Origin: Raillietiella orientalis
Lineage: Eukaryota
Reading direction: 5' to 3'
Assembly (NCBI GenBank): GCA_036172245.1
Contig: JAYWIR010000008.1
Location: 3,162,001-3,226,000 of the forward strand
Length of the DNA stretch: 64,000 bases
Below the pieces are notes generated by a model. That model was not told where the DNA came from, did no database searches, and saw only the letters and a program-made list of their open reading frames with translations. The translations under genes were made by a program, and so were the position numbers. The stretch's first letter is position 1. Every line of letters starts with the position of its first letter. Below are positions 23,721-42,089 of the stretch, piece after piece.

Positions 23721-24022
23721 ACTTAGAGCCTCAGTGTGTTTAAATGCTCGCTGACAAATGAGGCGGCTCTGCAGCCGTCGGGCACAAACAAATGCTGGTG
23801 AAAAAAGCCTGCAGCGCCCACATTCTTTCACGGAACATGCCCACCTGTATTTTATAGTGTATTTTGTAATTTGTTATTTGAGATGGACATTTTTCTTCTA
23901 AATGGTTGTTATAGTTCGATTCGACTTTAAACATCTCAGACCGCTGCTTGACTTCATTGTGGCCACTCGGAATGTGCCTTCGCGAGTTTCAAGTGGGAAG
24001 GAGACATTAAAAAGTTACCATT

Positions 24023-24696
24023 GGATAAGAGGGCGAGTTGAGCCCGACGGGAAACCCCCCACGCTCGGGAACGGGTAGCGGCAAGCCGGTCGCTTCCCCC
24101 AAAATGGCAGCTTCGTCTCTCGACACTTCGATCGGGATCTCGGTGGTTGCGGCGTCGGAAGGAAGAAAAATCGGGCAATCCCTCCGCTGCGGCACGGCCC
24201 TCTTTCACCACCGCTCCGCCCGCGGTCTTCTCCGGTGGCGCGGCCCACGGCCGTCACGCAAACGCACGCGGAACCGCCTTCCGCGCTGACCAGCTGGGCC
24301 GCCCCGCCAACAGCAGCAGGATGTTGCTCGCATCCGCCCGACGGGCGAAAAAGCTGGAAAGAAGGGGAAGAAGCCGAACCCCACCATCGTCACCTTTGCA
24401 TCCGACGGGCCAAACAAGGCGTGGTCACCATGGAAACGCCTCGCAGCCGGAGAATTGAAATCCAGTTCGAAATCCGCAAGGGCGAGGAGCAAGGTGCCGC
24501 AATCGACACGCTCAAAATTCCCGTACGTTGCCTTCCTGCACCGTCCAGAGTTCTCGGCTGTGTCGCTGTGTGTTCCGGGACGTTGGCGCGCACAAAGAGA
24601 GGGTCCGTGTTTGGGGTGTCAGCCGTCGATGTTTGTTCACGCTGGGATTCCTTTTCAGATGAGCCAGAGTAAGTTGTCGGGAACCAGTGCTGGAAA
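24023..24696. repeat. Inner inverted-repeat arm, right
   Basis: Partner of 20867-21540. Confidence 0.97.
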
Positions 24697-26149
24697 TGAG
24701 CTGTCCAGTTTGGGAGCGGACAGAATATGGATGGACAGGGATATGCTCAAAGAAGAAATCAAGCAGAGGAGCCTTCTTCTGAGTGATTGTGAGAACAGGA
24801 ATATGAGAACGAAAATAAGGCTGCAGAAGATTCGAACCCATATCCAGCAAGAGAAGAAAGAGAAAAGGCAAATTAAGATGGCCATTCGGATTCTGCTCAA
24901 GCAGGAGAATGAACTAAAGAGAGAAATGGAAGAGGAGAAGAGGAAAAGTGCCGAAACTGCTGAAGAGCTGATGATTGTGAATGCGAGAGCACGCAACATA
25001 GAAAAGAAGAAACGTCAAATGAGCAAACGAAGAAAGAGGCAGCTGGTGGAATTGGAGGAACTGAAGGTTGAGTGCGGTTGAAAGACGTGGTCTGCCTGCA
25101 GCTCTTTCTTTCTCTTTCTCGGTGCAGCTGCAGGTGCTAGATCACGCGAAGGAGATGGAACCCGTCACAAATCTCCTCAAGCAAGTGGCTCAGGATCGCG
25201 CGCATCCAGGGGATTTTGAACTGCCGATGGAAGAAGACCTGAGGAAAAACCAAGGAAAGCTCTCGAATCTGACAAATTTGCTGGACATCGTGCAGAAGCA
25301 AGTGATTCTCTCAAAACATGAATTGGAAGAAGAGAGGAAGAAAAGGTGAGGCAGGACTTGGGATGAAACGCTTGGATACTTCTAGTGGCTACTTCGCAGA
25401 ACAAAGCAATTCCAACAGAATAAGGCGCTGAAAAAGTACCTCAAGGTGCTGAAACGTAGGCTGGAAGAGTTGACGAAGGAATGCGAGGATTTAAAGCGTC
25501 AGACTTTAGAGCACATGGCGGAGTACCTTCAGCTCGCCTCAGATAATCTCACGGAGCAATGCTCCAACAGGAGTCAGGTTTCCACACTTCAGATGCTGGA
25601 GGATAAGAATGAGAAACTCATGGAAATGCAACGCAACAAGCAGGCCATGGCGTCACTCATGAGCGCGCAAACATTCGAGCAATCCAGAATGATCGAGAGC
25701 ATGACTTTGCAGATCAAGAAGACGAGGAGGTAAACATGCATGCCCTTTGCGACGCAGTGCGTTCACCTGCCAACCGTCTCCAGAAAGGCGCAGCGGGACC
25801 AGAAAACCTGTCGCAAGAAGGAGAAGGCCATCCAGAATTTGGAGCAGGAGCTGCAAGATGAACGCAAACAACTCACATCGAGCAGAAAGCAGATGGACCA
25901 GGCAATGACACGCGCAGAATCCTCTCTCCGACCTCGCCCGTTGGGCTCGCTCAACCCTGTTGCTCCTCCGCCCTTTGCGCTTTCCAGGTGAAGAGCAGAA
26001 TGCAGGTCCTCAAGAGGAAGCTGGAGGAGACTGAAGAGGAGTGCAGCCGCGAGAAGGCGCTGCGTAGGAAGCTGCAGAGGGAGCTCCCGGAAAGCTCTGC
26101 CGAGTTGAAGGGGACGACGGCGAAAGACGAGATGCTCGCCTCCACCTAG
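24430..26149 (+). CDS. Motor-less coiled-coil protein with a myosin-II-tail-like C-terminus, paralog B (~442 aa, 6 exons)
   Basis: Exons 24430-24522, 24659-25066, 25128-25345, 25400-25729, 25784-25901 and 25988-26149. Intron phases equal those of paralog A, and exons 1, 3, 4, 5 and 6 have identical lengths (93, 218, 330, 118, 162 nt). Confidence 0.8.
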
Positions 26150-26967
26150 AGGACGAGATTCCAGTAAGCGCACTCGCCTCGCTGCCCCTCCTCCTCAGGG
26201 ACGAGGACGCTTCCTCTTCCCACAGGGTGCCGCTGTGCATGGATCCTTGGGATGAGATGGGCTCCAGAAATCGGATGCATGCACGCTTCTGGAGAAGGCA
26301 GCGAGCACTTTCCGGATCCTCGGGCATCGGACGAGAGCTTGACAGAGACGCGCACCCAAATGAGCAGCCGTAACCAGCACTCTTGGAGTCGCCAGGACCC
26401 GCTCGCACGGCGTCGGGTCCCTGTCGAATGACAAACAGGAAACCGCCATCCCGACAGTGACTTTTCTTTCCGCGCCGGACCGGGAGCGCCTCCTGCTTCG
26501 CGCGCCGGCTTCAGCACACGAGTGACGGAGGCGCACTCTCCCACGCGCGCGCGGGTATCCCCTCTCCTCCCCACCAGCCCTCTCCCCCAGGCAGTCCGCG
26601 AACGGCGCGCCGCTGCCCGTCTTCGGCGCGAAGGGTGCGCGCGCGAGGTTCGCGGTCCCGGGCGTGCTGTCGCCCCCCGTCGTCGAGAAGGTGCCTGACC
26701 GCCGGTTTCTACGCGCGGAGCTTGGGAGTGAGGTTGGGAGGCGGACGAAAGGGCGGACGCCGAGAACGTGCTCGGCGATCCGACCCTTGCCCCGCCTCCA
26801 AGCGGCTGGACCCTCGCCGACTCGATGCCGGTGGGTGATGGCTGCGAAGCGCACTCCGTGCGCCGCCGGAGGCCTGCGGGTGTGGGTAGCGGCTTGGAAA
26901 GGCGGAAGCGATGGCGTGGAAACAGAGGGTCGTGTGGTTGCTACTCAGGATTTGCCTCGTCATCGGA
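25759..26967. repeat. Outer inverted-repeat arm, right
   Basis: Partner of 18614-19822. Confidence 0.97.
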
Positions 26968-27127
26968 AGTGATTTTCACCAGGGATTGCTGTCCTGGGTA
27001 CGTGGCTGAGGAGATGGTCGTTGGTTTTCTTAGGTTTGCATTCTATGTGATCTTTCTAGCTCAGGATGCAGTGCATGGTGAGGATGAGGTGGTCCGATAC
27101 TTCTAGGAGCCTCATTGTGGTTGCAAT

Positions 27128-29470
27128 CTATCTTCGACGACCTTGACAAGCTTCCGAGATGGTGTTGGCGTAGTGGCTGCTCAGGGCTTCCCATCTAAAC
27201 GTTTTCAGAAAGCACTGGCTACCTACGTACGGTTGTTTCTTGGGTGACCACAAACATCTAGCCGCGATCTTAATGATTGGAATAAGCACTGCAGTCCACA
27301 AAGTCATTTGAACGTGCTGCTTTTTCTTGACCTGGATGCGTACCGGTTGCTGGTACGAAGATGTCACAGCCATGCACTGCAGAGACGCTACCTCCCCTGC
27401 AGCAAAGAGATCTCCCCTCACATCCAGGCTCGTTCAAAGTGATTGGCTGCTGTCTTCCTGGGTGCAGATTCCGCGCGAGTCTTTTTCTCTGGAGCCATCA
27501 TGGATCTTCGATACCTTGTACAGAGTGAACAACTCCTGGGGCTGCTGCTGGTTCTGCCGCAAGTGCGCTTCTGTGCTTCCTGAGCTGTGTTTGCAACCTA
27601 ACTCGACCTGAAACGCCCTTTTGCAAAAAAGAGGACTTCACCTAGACAAGGGATCCTCTCCGGTGACAGCTCATAAGCCCTGACCCGATCTTGCAAAAGC
27701 ACAGTTTCCAAGCTCTCATCCTGGGAAGGTCTGTTATCCTTTTGAAAACGCTCCAGCGATCAGGAAAGACCACAAGTAGAAGGGATCAAAATGCAACGAG
27801 ATAACTCTCTTCTTTTGAAACCTCTACCGAATCTCAAGGTGCTGTGAAAGCACTGGTGAGTGGATGGTGCTCTAGTATCATGGGATTCTCAGAAATACCC
27901 CAAGATCCTAGGGAATGACCCCTCCAATTTTCGAATAACTCAACGAAAGTCTTTTCTGTGTGCGCATCCCATGTCTTCATTTGTAGGGCTCAATTCAGTT
28001 ATATGCAGGATGGTCACTATCCATACGTAAAGAAGGGTGAAGACTGTGTGGCTGATGTCTCTGTCAGTGTCGATGCCCCCTTCCCACATTTCATATACTC
28101 TAGTCTCCGTTCCCACGAAGAGAGTGCTTCCCTCTGGTCCTATTAACGCACTACATACTGCGCACGCAATAACTGATGATTGCAAATGATTCTTGAAATC
28201 AGCATAAGAGATCTATGCTGTAGGGGAGTTTGTTCTTTAGACCTTAAAGGACTCTTGTGTTTACCAGCATGTGTTCCATTGCTTGTGGTGATTTCAGATC
28301 AAAGTGTATTTATATAAGTGTATTCTCAAGAATTTTCGAAAATTCCGAGAGTGTTCACAGTTGCAAACTTGAATTCGTCCTGGCATGTACTGATGTGGAC
28401 CAAATTTCTTGAGAGCTGAATTTTTGCCTCGGGCAAGGTGTCAAAGAGACTTTCCACTTCCTATGTCAAAGAGTTGCACTTTTCTCAATATGCAGTCCTT
28501 GGAAAATAGATTCTAGAAATCAGTATCAGAAATAGTTTTTCCTACCAACCAGTCATCTTGCAAGGAAAAGTCAAAACTCCAATCTGCACATGTCTTAAAA
28601 TGCTTCTGTACTCCGAAATGGTTGTCGGAGTTGATGAAAGTTTTGCTTTCTAGTTCTGTTAGAATTCTAGGCTTTGAATACTTTCCCTACTGTGAAGATT
28701 CATGTCTTGATTATAGGAATTCGATTTCTACAGTGTCATGAAGTAGGAAAAATGTGTGCTAGAACATCATTTACAACTTTCCAGCTAAATAATTTGTAAA
28801 TTTTTTGTCGTTCTAGGGATTAGAGTCATCAAACAGCACAATTGAATGACGACTTTAGCAGTAATGCATTGTGAACAATGTTATATACATGCAAATATCT
28901 CTACAGATTAGTCAGCTGCATCCAAGAAGTAGGATGCAGTCTCCATTTGTATAGCATTCGTACTCATTCATTGGAATGACTTTCAAATGATATCAGAGTT
29001 GTTTGAAAATCAATTCAGCATCATGACATATACTGTATTTTAATGAATTACTCTAAATCCGTCTCTAATAGTTATATTCCCTTCTGATTACCAGAGTTAA
29101 AAAAAATCTATCATGATTTTGATTTGCATCCAACTGCTATCCATGCTACTTTGAAAAGATATCACATGTTGATCGAATCTGATTGTAATCTGAAACCTAA
29201 AAACAATTATTCCATTCTGAAGAAAGAGATGCAGACTGTAGATCTGATTTCAGTGCATCTTGTATTCCTTTTCTTTTCTTAAAAAAAAAACTTCGGTGAT
29301 CCAATCTTTATCGAATGCATCTAATAATTTGTATACTGTCCTTTTATTAAAAGTATCCTTCAGTACGGATACGCGGATTGATTCCTTGATGATTTTGTAT
29401 ATGGTGTTTGTCGTTAGATGAATGTCAAGATACAAGGATATTAATTTTTCTTGACAACTATTACCTCCGA
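27128..29470 (-). CDS. Probable unidentified spliced gene(s) head-to-head with ATP synthase beta; structure unresolved
   Basis: Several minus-strand open segments bounded by GT/AG sites with short spacers (e.g. GPEGSTLFVGTETRVYEMWEGGIDTDRDISHTVFTLLY|TWDAHTEKTFVELFENW and SKTFINSDNHFGVQKHFKTCADWSFDFSLQDDWL). No family recognised. Confidence 0.3.
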
Positions 29471-29588
29471 AGATTAAACGTGCACTCTCGTGTCAAACAT
29501 GCTGGTAACACCTGCGGCTGAAAGTGGTCTCTGAAGACTGACAAGCGTGCATCTCGTACGTTGCATGGTCAAAGGTGCTGCTAAATAA

Positions 29589-34841
<5,253 letters not shown>

Positions 34842-37800
34842 AGTTTATCGTGCTTTAGATCCGGAGTTAGTCAGTCTGTTTTGGATTGATTTGTCAGAGA
34901 AATAACAAACAGTTACTTCTTTGTTTGTGCTTTCTATGTGGAGTTTTTTTCGTTTGCGCTTTATTGAATTTTTCTCCTCATTAGGACATCACCCCCAAAA
35001 AAGATTCGCTCTTGCATACACATTAATAGACAATCGGAAAGATGCATAAGCATTTGAGTTGTGCCAAGCAGCCCATTGTCTCTGTGGCCATTTGGTTTGG
35101 CAAAGTTTCGTTGAACGTAACCGGTGCTTAGCACACTCGAAAGACCTTTTTAACTGAAATTAAAAACCAAAGACTCTGCCTTTTAGAAAGAGACACTTAA
35201 AGTGTCTTAAATTGAGCGATGCAGGCATTTGAGGATTCCCTGGTTTTTAGGAAAAATGCCTAAAACGCAATTGCAGTTATACTGGTCGTTGTGTTGGTCG
35301 TTCTTCGTTAACGTTGTGTAGTGTAGAGTTGAGTGAAGTTTGTAGTACCATCATGTCTTGTTAACAAAAATTGCTTGCACCCTTATGCAAGGATACATCT
35401 AAATTTCGTATTGAGCTGTTTCTCAATCCAGGTATTTCTATCTCAGCTGCACTTCGGGTTAGTTTTTGTTTGCGTACTTTTATTTCAATATCTTGAGAAT
35501 TCCATTTCAGTGCCAGTTGTGAGTGTTGAAGTGGCAGATTGGTGGCAGGTGTTCAGCCTACAGGCGCGTTTCTTAGGAGACGCACAACTGGCAGCGTAGT
35601 AAAAGGCATGCAAACAAAAAGAATTAGGCCGATAAATCTGGAATGAAGCAGCAAAAGAATTCTTGGGATTAATCACCTGGGTAAGCGCCTTTCCCATCAA
35701 ACGTCTCCGCTGTTATCTGATAAACGCGTTCGTCTCTATGTAACGGTGAGTGGGTATGCATTGGTTGATCCCGAAATTCCTGGACCCGTTAGATGGTTTT
35801 TTTTTTCTTCTTACGTGGGAAAAAAATCTATATTTTGTTTTTTCCGTACGCGTACAAGCCCTCGGCTTTTCAGGAACGTTTGCTCAGTGCTGCAGAGAGA
35901 CCATTCTAAAGCTAAATAATGTCTAACGGATGAGGTAGACGTGTTGATATTCCTCAAGGTAGACGTGACCTGAGCAACCATTCACCTAAAGTCGTGAGTT
36001 GACCGTAAGCGTTAACGCGTCCAGCTTTTGTAAACCGTGACTTCCAACAAATTGCATTGCGCGTGCAGTGTTCTTATAGTGTGGACACTCGTGGGGGGCC
36101 ACTTAAAATACGAGCTGCCTGCGAAGAGGGAGTTTTCGAGCCACGAATCCGATTGTGAAGTGTCGAACTCGACGGCCTCAGGCCAAAAAAAAAAAAAAAA
36201 AGCAAAGTGACCTTTTGCGGACGACGGATCCCTCCACATGTGGGAGACCGTGAAGAATTTCCAAGCGTAACTGAAGAAACGCCTGGAGGCTAGAAGAACG
36301 CAGAACCTCTTGCATGGGTTTCAACTGACGGTGGTTTCTCTTAACGTCCGGAAGATCAGTGAGGTGCGGAATCTGTAAAGTTCCAGGATGAGGTGTTTTG
36401 GTCTCGTTGGCCTTCTTGGAGTTTTAGCATGCAAAGTACTCCTCCGGCTTGTCGCCATGGTTCTGACCATTACTGACGTGTTAGTAGAGCTACGAATGGG
36501 CCCATTACGTGAGTAGGTCTACAGGAACTTACGAGCGAAGTTCCGTTTGTTTGTTTTTGTTTATCTTGGCCAGCAAAGTGAGCGTACATGTTATATGTAA
36601 TACGCCAAAGGGTTTCGATTTCGATGAATTTTTCGGGGTTTTCCGTTGAAAGAAGAAGAAAAGAGCATCCCACCAACCGGCCGATTGCATAGAAACGTGA
36701 GCCATGCCAACGTGAAGAGTAATGAAAGAACGACAAGTTCGACAGTCGGAATTGCATACCCGTGAGATTTGCGTGCACTTCAGCATGAAGACCGGTTGCA
36801 GTTTGCCTTTGTGCCAACGGAGCAGTTTTGACGATCATTTGCTGATTATGGGGCGCCCGTGTTTACGTCTCCTCGCGAATGGCATCCTCCCTGGTGGCAG
36901 TGGTTGAAGGAGTGGCTGTGCAATATCTTTCCTTGCCAAATTATCTGGTGTTAAGAACGGATGTTGGTTGCGTAGAGCTAATTGGGGACACGTGTCGTGC
37001 ACTAAATTGAGATCCACGAGTGTTGAGGTTTCATCAGGATGCCTTGGATTGTACGTGTGGATTTTGGGGGAAGGAGGGGGTCCGTTTACACTGCTGCCAT
37101 ACGCTCGGATATTGCTGAAGTAAGCATAAGACACGCGGGGATTTAGAAACGATGCTTTCGTGTTTTCACCCAAGGGTCACCGTCCACTATGGATATTTGA
37201 AAATAAATGATGGATTCGCGCCATTAGTAAACTTGATCTCGGTGCAATGTAGCAAAAGCGTGCCCAAGTACCCTTTTTGCTACACGACTGACGTTCATTA
37301 GATCTTGGGCCTGGCGATAAATTCAGGTGACCTCAGGGAGTAAATGACTGAAGAAATCGATACGTTTGAGAAAGCTTTTGAAAGCGTCTCCTTTATTTCA
37401 GAGGAGCATGTATCAAGTTTGAGGAATCTCAAAATGTTTCCCATCTCGGTTCGGTATGCGTTGCACGGGTCAAAAAGGGGAAAAAATTTTCGAGTCTGCA
37501 TTCCTGTACGCAAATTAGGTGTCATTTTTCGACTGGGGGGGGGGAGGTGGGGACTAGATTCGAAATGATCGAATTTCATCATCGTGAAAGCATTCAAAAA
37601 TAAAATCGTAGACTCTGAACTTGTCTTGAGGAGACTGATCTTTAAAATTCTGCTGAAGCTTTAGATAAGTTGATGATCAAATAAGCTTTGAAGCTCCCAA
37701 GCAAAATCAATTCAGCACCAGCAAAGAATAGGAAAGAGGTGCAGAAGGCTACCTGAGGTGATTGCATGCGGGAAGTGTCACCACTGCCCAGTCTGCCGGT

Positions 37801-38999
37801 GAGGGTCAGTCCGTGCGTATTTGTAGGGCCTCGAACCCCGTTTGCAAGCTGCTCTCGACAAGCCGTGGCCATTCGCCCTGAGGATTCGGTTGCAGAGGGG
37901 GGGGGGGTCGTCGGTCCTGATGGATTCGGAAAAGCATCTCCTTCCGTTTTGCTGTGCATCCGGAAGCACGACGTGCGAAAACACACACACACACATGGAA
38001 TTTGGCCAATTGAGATGTCTTCACGTGAGAGTTGTTTCCCGGTTGAACCCCAAGCAGACGTTTCGATGGCCCCAGAGAAACCGGGCTGTTTGAGGCGGGG
38101 AGGAGTGGGTGACTGCCAATATGCTTGGTTCTCAGCGAAGTCTGTGCAGAGATCGCATGCCTAGCGACGTGCTTGTTGTGGGGCCGGAGAATCGCATCGT
38201 CTCCTTTTCCCCGGGGAGCGCCTCGGTTCCTCTGTGAGTCCCGACACAGAGTGCACCTTCCTCGCAAAATGCGGTTTGCATAAGAATGCGGAGCGCGCAC
38301 TTGCGAATCCGAAGTAGTGGCCACAGGCAAGGTTTTGATGCGATCCAGAAATGGGAAACGTTGCGGAGCCCCAACGCTGCCCAGCGACGATTTCTTCCTG
38401 AACCGCTGGAAACCATGGGGACACTGTCGGCCGTGCCGACTGAGTGCGAATCGGTTGCCCTTAGCCCACTGAACACCCGAGGCCGACGTCTCGCCTTCTT
38501 ATTCTCTCTGCAATTACGGTGGAAACTCCATGCTCAGCCTCTCTTGTTTGCTTTTGTAAAGCCTTTTTGTGATGCTCTTTTGTGAACACGAAGCTTCCGT
38601 GAATCGATCAGCACTATCCTAGAATATTCTACTTCTCTGAAGAAATGGCTTGCAGCTTCTTAGTCCAGGCTCGCGCCTCTATTCAGTAACCAGGGAATAC
38701 GTCTCTTCGGCACAAAGAAAAAAAATGTCTGGAAAACGATGATTTATTCCCCCCAGAAGGTGTTTGCGACGTGTAAGAAAAGCCATCTTAGCTTCGAGTG
38801 GTGTCTTTAAGGATGTATCATCCTATATCCAATATCCTACGAGTGTTCGGTCTCCACGGCAACTCTGAAGAGTGCTTTATATAAAATTTTCCAAAGATTG
38901 TTCTTGAAGATTCGATCTGGAGATCGCCGTCATTCTGCGCCGTTACCGAGTCTCAAGAAGCGTGTCGTACCAAAGACTCCTTTCCTTGCCCTCCCTTTA

Positions 39000-39175
39000 T
39001 TTACATGCTTATCGCCCCCTTCTTTTCCTCTTTGGACTACCCCAGTAACCGGCCTGCGGGTCGGTGAACTCTCCCCTTGGACGTTTTTTGTTTTTGTTTC
39101 GGGAGCTTTGTGCTCAACCTGTTTGTTTGTTTTGCCCCCCCCAAATGAACGTCCCCGCTTAACCGGGTGAAAATC
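39000..39175 (+). mobile_element. Diverged 3' end of the L1/Tx1-like family
   Basis: ACCGGC-CTGCGG-GTCGGT hairpin, T-rich tract, then AATGAA-CGTCCCCGCTTAACCGGGTGAAAA. Confidence 0.45.
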
Positions 39176-40479
39176 TACGCGATTCGCCCTTGCGTCTTCG
39201 CACGTTTCCTCTTCTGTGCAAGGAATACACGTGCATTCGACTCTTCCATGCGGGGGAGGGTAAAGGAAGCTGTAGGAAAGTGGGGTTATGTGCCTCACTG
39301 GGTTCTTCAACGGCCCCAGTCCGAAGATTGGAGCTAAAATTCTGAGGACTTTGCGCACGCTGCTCCTGTCGAGATGCTGCGATGGCTATTCCTTGATGCC
39401 GATGTTGGGAACGGCAGCTCCACTGGATGCGGCTCGAACGTCGTCTGCTCGCCTCGAGTCTTTTAGGCTGCGAGGATTTTCACCCTGCGCAGCATCCGAT
39501 TCTCGCACGAGCTCCGCCCACCGGGCCGAAAACTCGTCCGTTCCTTGACTGAGCAAACGAACGATTCAGACACCAATCTTTGTCAACAGTCAGACAATCA
39601 GCACCATTCTGCGCGCTCTCTCTTCCTGTCTGACAGTACAGGCATCTGGAAGTTGGTTAACTTAGTTGTGGTTTGTTTGGTTGTCACGGCGGCGCAGACG
39701 GCCACGTCCCCAGGCGTGTGCAGTTCACATCTGAAGATGGAGCGAACCACACACTAAGTTGAGGAACTACTCCAGCATCTCACAGGTTGTCTTCAGCGCC
39801 CCTGCACCCTGAGGACAGCGCCAAGCACTTGCTGCGGCGACACTTCGCTTAGTGGCGGACTCTCGACACGCGCCGTGATGGTAACGACGTGCTGCATCCG
39901 CGCCACATGCCGGAGTACCAAACGGAGCATCCCAGAAAATGAAAAGTACCATCGTGACGTTGGTCATCCAGAGGCTGGGATGGCCGATGACAATGCACCT
40001 TCAACAATAATTTATACGTGCTGTTGGTATACGTGATGGAATATGTATATGAATTGCAAAAAGAATGAATGTCGTATTTAATCGCAGTTATAAAGAAGAA
40101 ATGAATTGGTAATCGATATTAAGCTTTGCTAATATACTTGCCGGCAGTTGCGGTGAAACGCAGGAGTTGAGTTGGCGTTCACATCTCTTCATCTGACGAA
40201 AATTGTAGGTTAAGTAGGTAGGTATTGTGGAATTTCAAGCTATTGTTTGTCCATTCGAATTACTCTAAGGTACTCTATCTAGTATAGGTATTGGATACTA
40301 AAGAGGTGGGGAAGGGGCCCCACATGATCAGGAGATGATGGTCTTCGATGAAATTGCTCTTTCCGTGTTTGTATATCGCTGGTCAAATGCTTCGGGAGTG
40401 ACCAATTCTCTTTAGCGGGGAGCAATTACGAGTTCCTACCAAGGTGCAGCGTGGGAAGGAGCAAGGTCGGACTACGCTA

Positions 40480-41300
40480 CGCTGCATTTGGATATGTAAA
40501 TGCCATTTTATATCGAAAGGGAATTTCGTGGTAAATTTTCTTGAGGAAGGCAGGTCGAACGCACATTGGCGGTCGCTCTGGTGTGAGCTTAGGCGTTTCT
40601 AGGCGAGGGGGTGAGATTCCCTGGGGCGGAGCTGTTCCCAGGCTCAGGAGACGCACCTCCCGAGCCCTTCTTGATTTAGACCGGTACTGGATCTTCCAGG
40701 AAGAGGGTTCTATCAAACGGAATCTCCGTGGTTCTCTCGAAAACGTTCTGCCCCTGAAAGCTACGGTAGCGGTCGGCTGCAGGCATTCCTCGATGGCTCA
40801 TTCTGAAGAATCGGTGCAAGGTGCCCCTCTCCCCTGATGGTGCATGAGCCTGCAGGGTTTGAGGGAGCGCGGGAAATGCAATTACGCGCCTCCGCGTAAG
40901 CATCTTCCAGGCCTCAGCCGTGAAGGGAAGTGCTGCTTATTGAAGTGCGCTGCAAATCCCTCATGGGCTGTCCCACTGCCTCGGAGGAACATACTTGTTG
41001 TGAGTTTCTGAGCACCATCTTCAGTATGCAATCATGAGAGAAATGGCTACGGAAAACTTCTTTTAATTTAACCATCACATACAAGGGAAAATGGAGGAAC
41101 TTGCGTTCCGATCACTCTATTAGAAGAACTTCGATCCTCTGGGGTGCAGATAATAATGCATTCCATGAACGGCAAGCTCCATATCGAGCATTAAGAAACG
41201 AAGACGCGCCGCGAGGCCTTGGGAGAAGATGCGACTACGAGAGCTGCTGGAAAGTAATGGGAGCAATCGGCTCCTACACCGCCCGCGAAAGCTCATCATC
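40480..41300 (-). mobile_element. Decayed non-LTR reverse transcriptase fragment
   Basis: Frameshifted VP..GSG.SP (cf. GVPQGSxLSP) followed by AYAEA (cf. AYADD) on the minus strand. Confidence 0.3.
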
Positions 41301-42089
41301 TCTGCAGCAGCCCGCCGAGAGCGACGCCCAGCCGACGTTCAGCCCTCCACGTTCCTCAAAGGAAACTCTTTACTCTTTTGGAGCTCCATGATCCTTGTGG
41401 AATTTATCAGCACGGGGCTGAGCCTGTGAGTCTTCAGGTTTATCCTGGGATTCTCACTGGTTGACTTCACGCCCATTCTGGCGAAGCAAAGCGCCGAGAT
41501 GACAACGAAGTTTAGGAGTTTAGACAGCACAAATAATTACTACAGTAGGGTATTAAGAGATGACGCTTTCCTTTCCTAATGTGATTTGTATTCCTTGATC
41601 TCCAAACGTGTGATTTCCGAATCCTCGTTCCTCCATTAACTCTATTTGCCAACCGTCTCCGGCTGCTCCCGTTTCCAGGCATTGAGTGAACATCCAGCCT
41701 ATCTGCAAGGTAGGGTCCCCTTGAGATTCGAGTGAATTCCCAACACCGCTGCTCTTAGCATTTTTTCCCCTACGAGCTCAGAGGAAAAGCTTTCCCCCAT
41801 TTTTCTCCCGTTTTATAGTCTTCGAACATAGCAAGGGCTCGGTTGTTTGAATGGTATCCGTCCCTCGTGATTTCCGTCTCCAGGAGACCTTGCTGTCCAA
41901 TCAAAAACGTCCCAGCATCAAATTTGCTTATTCACTCACCTTTCTTTCTTTCTTTTTTTTTAAAAAAAAGTTTATTCTTGTGTTTTTATCATTTCCCACT
42001 GTGAGACCCCAACGCTGCCTGTATCAGTACGAGAGAACACTCCTGGTCTCATCTTTTAAACCACATCACCCCAATGATGACGCTTGATG

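Noticed and set aside
11900..27000. GC-rich block as bacterial/viral insertion or contamination
   Set aside because: It contains spliceosomal-intron genes and shares repeat families with the other GC-rich block, the compositional transition runs through MMAB, and no prokaryotic or viral genes were recognised.
35480..40000. Possible minus-strand gene, including a claudin-like WYSGMWRGC motif near 39900
   Set aside because: A single short motif in a frame that soon stops; exons could not be joined.
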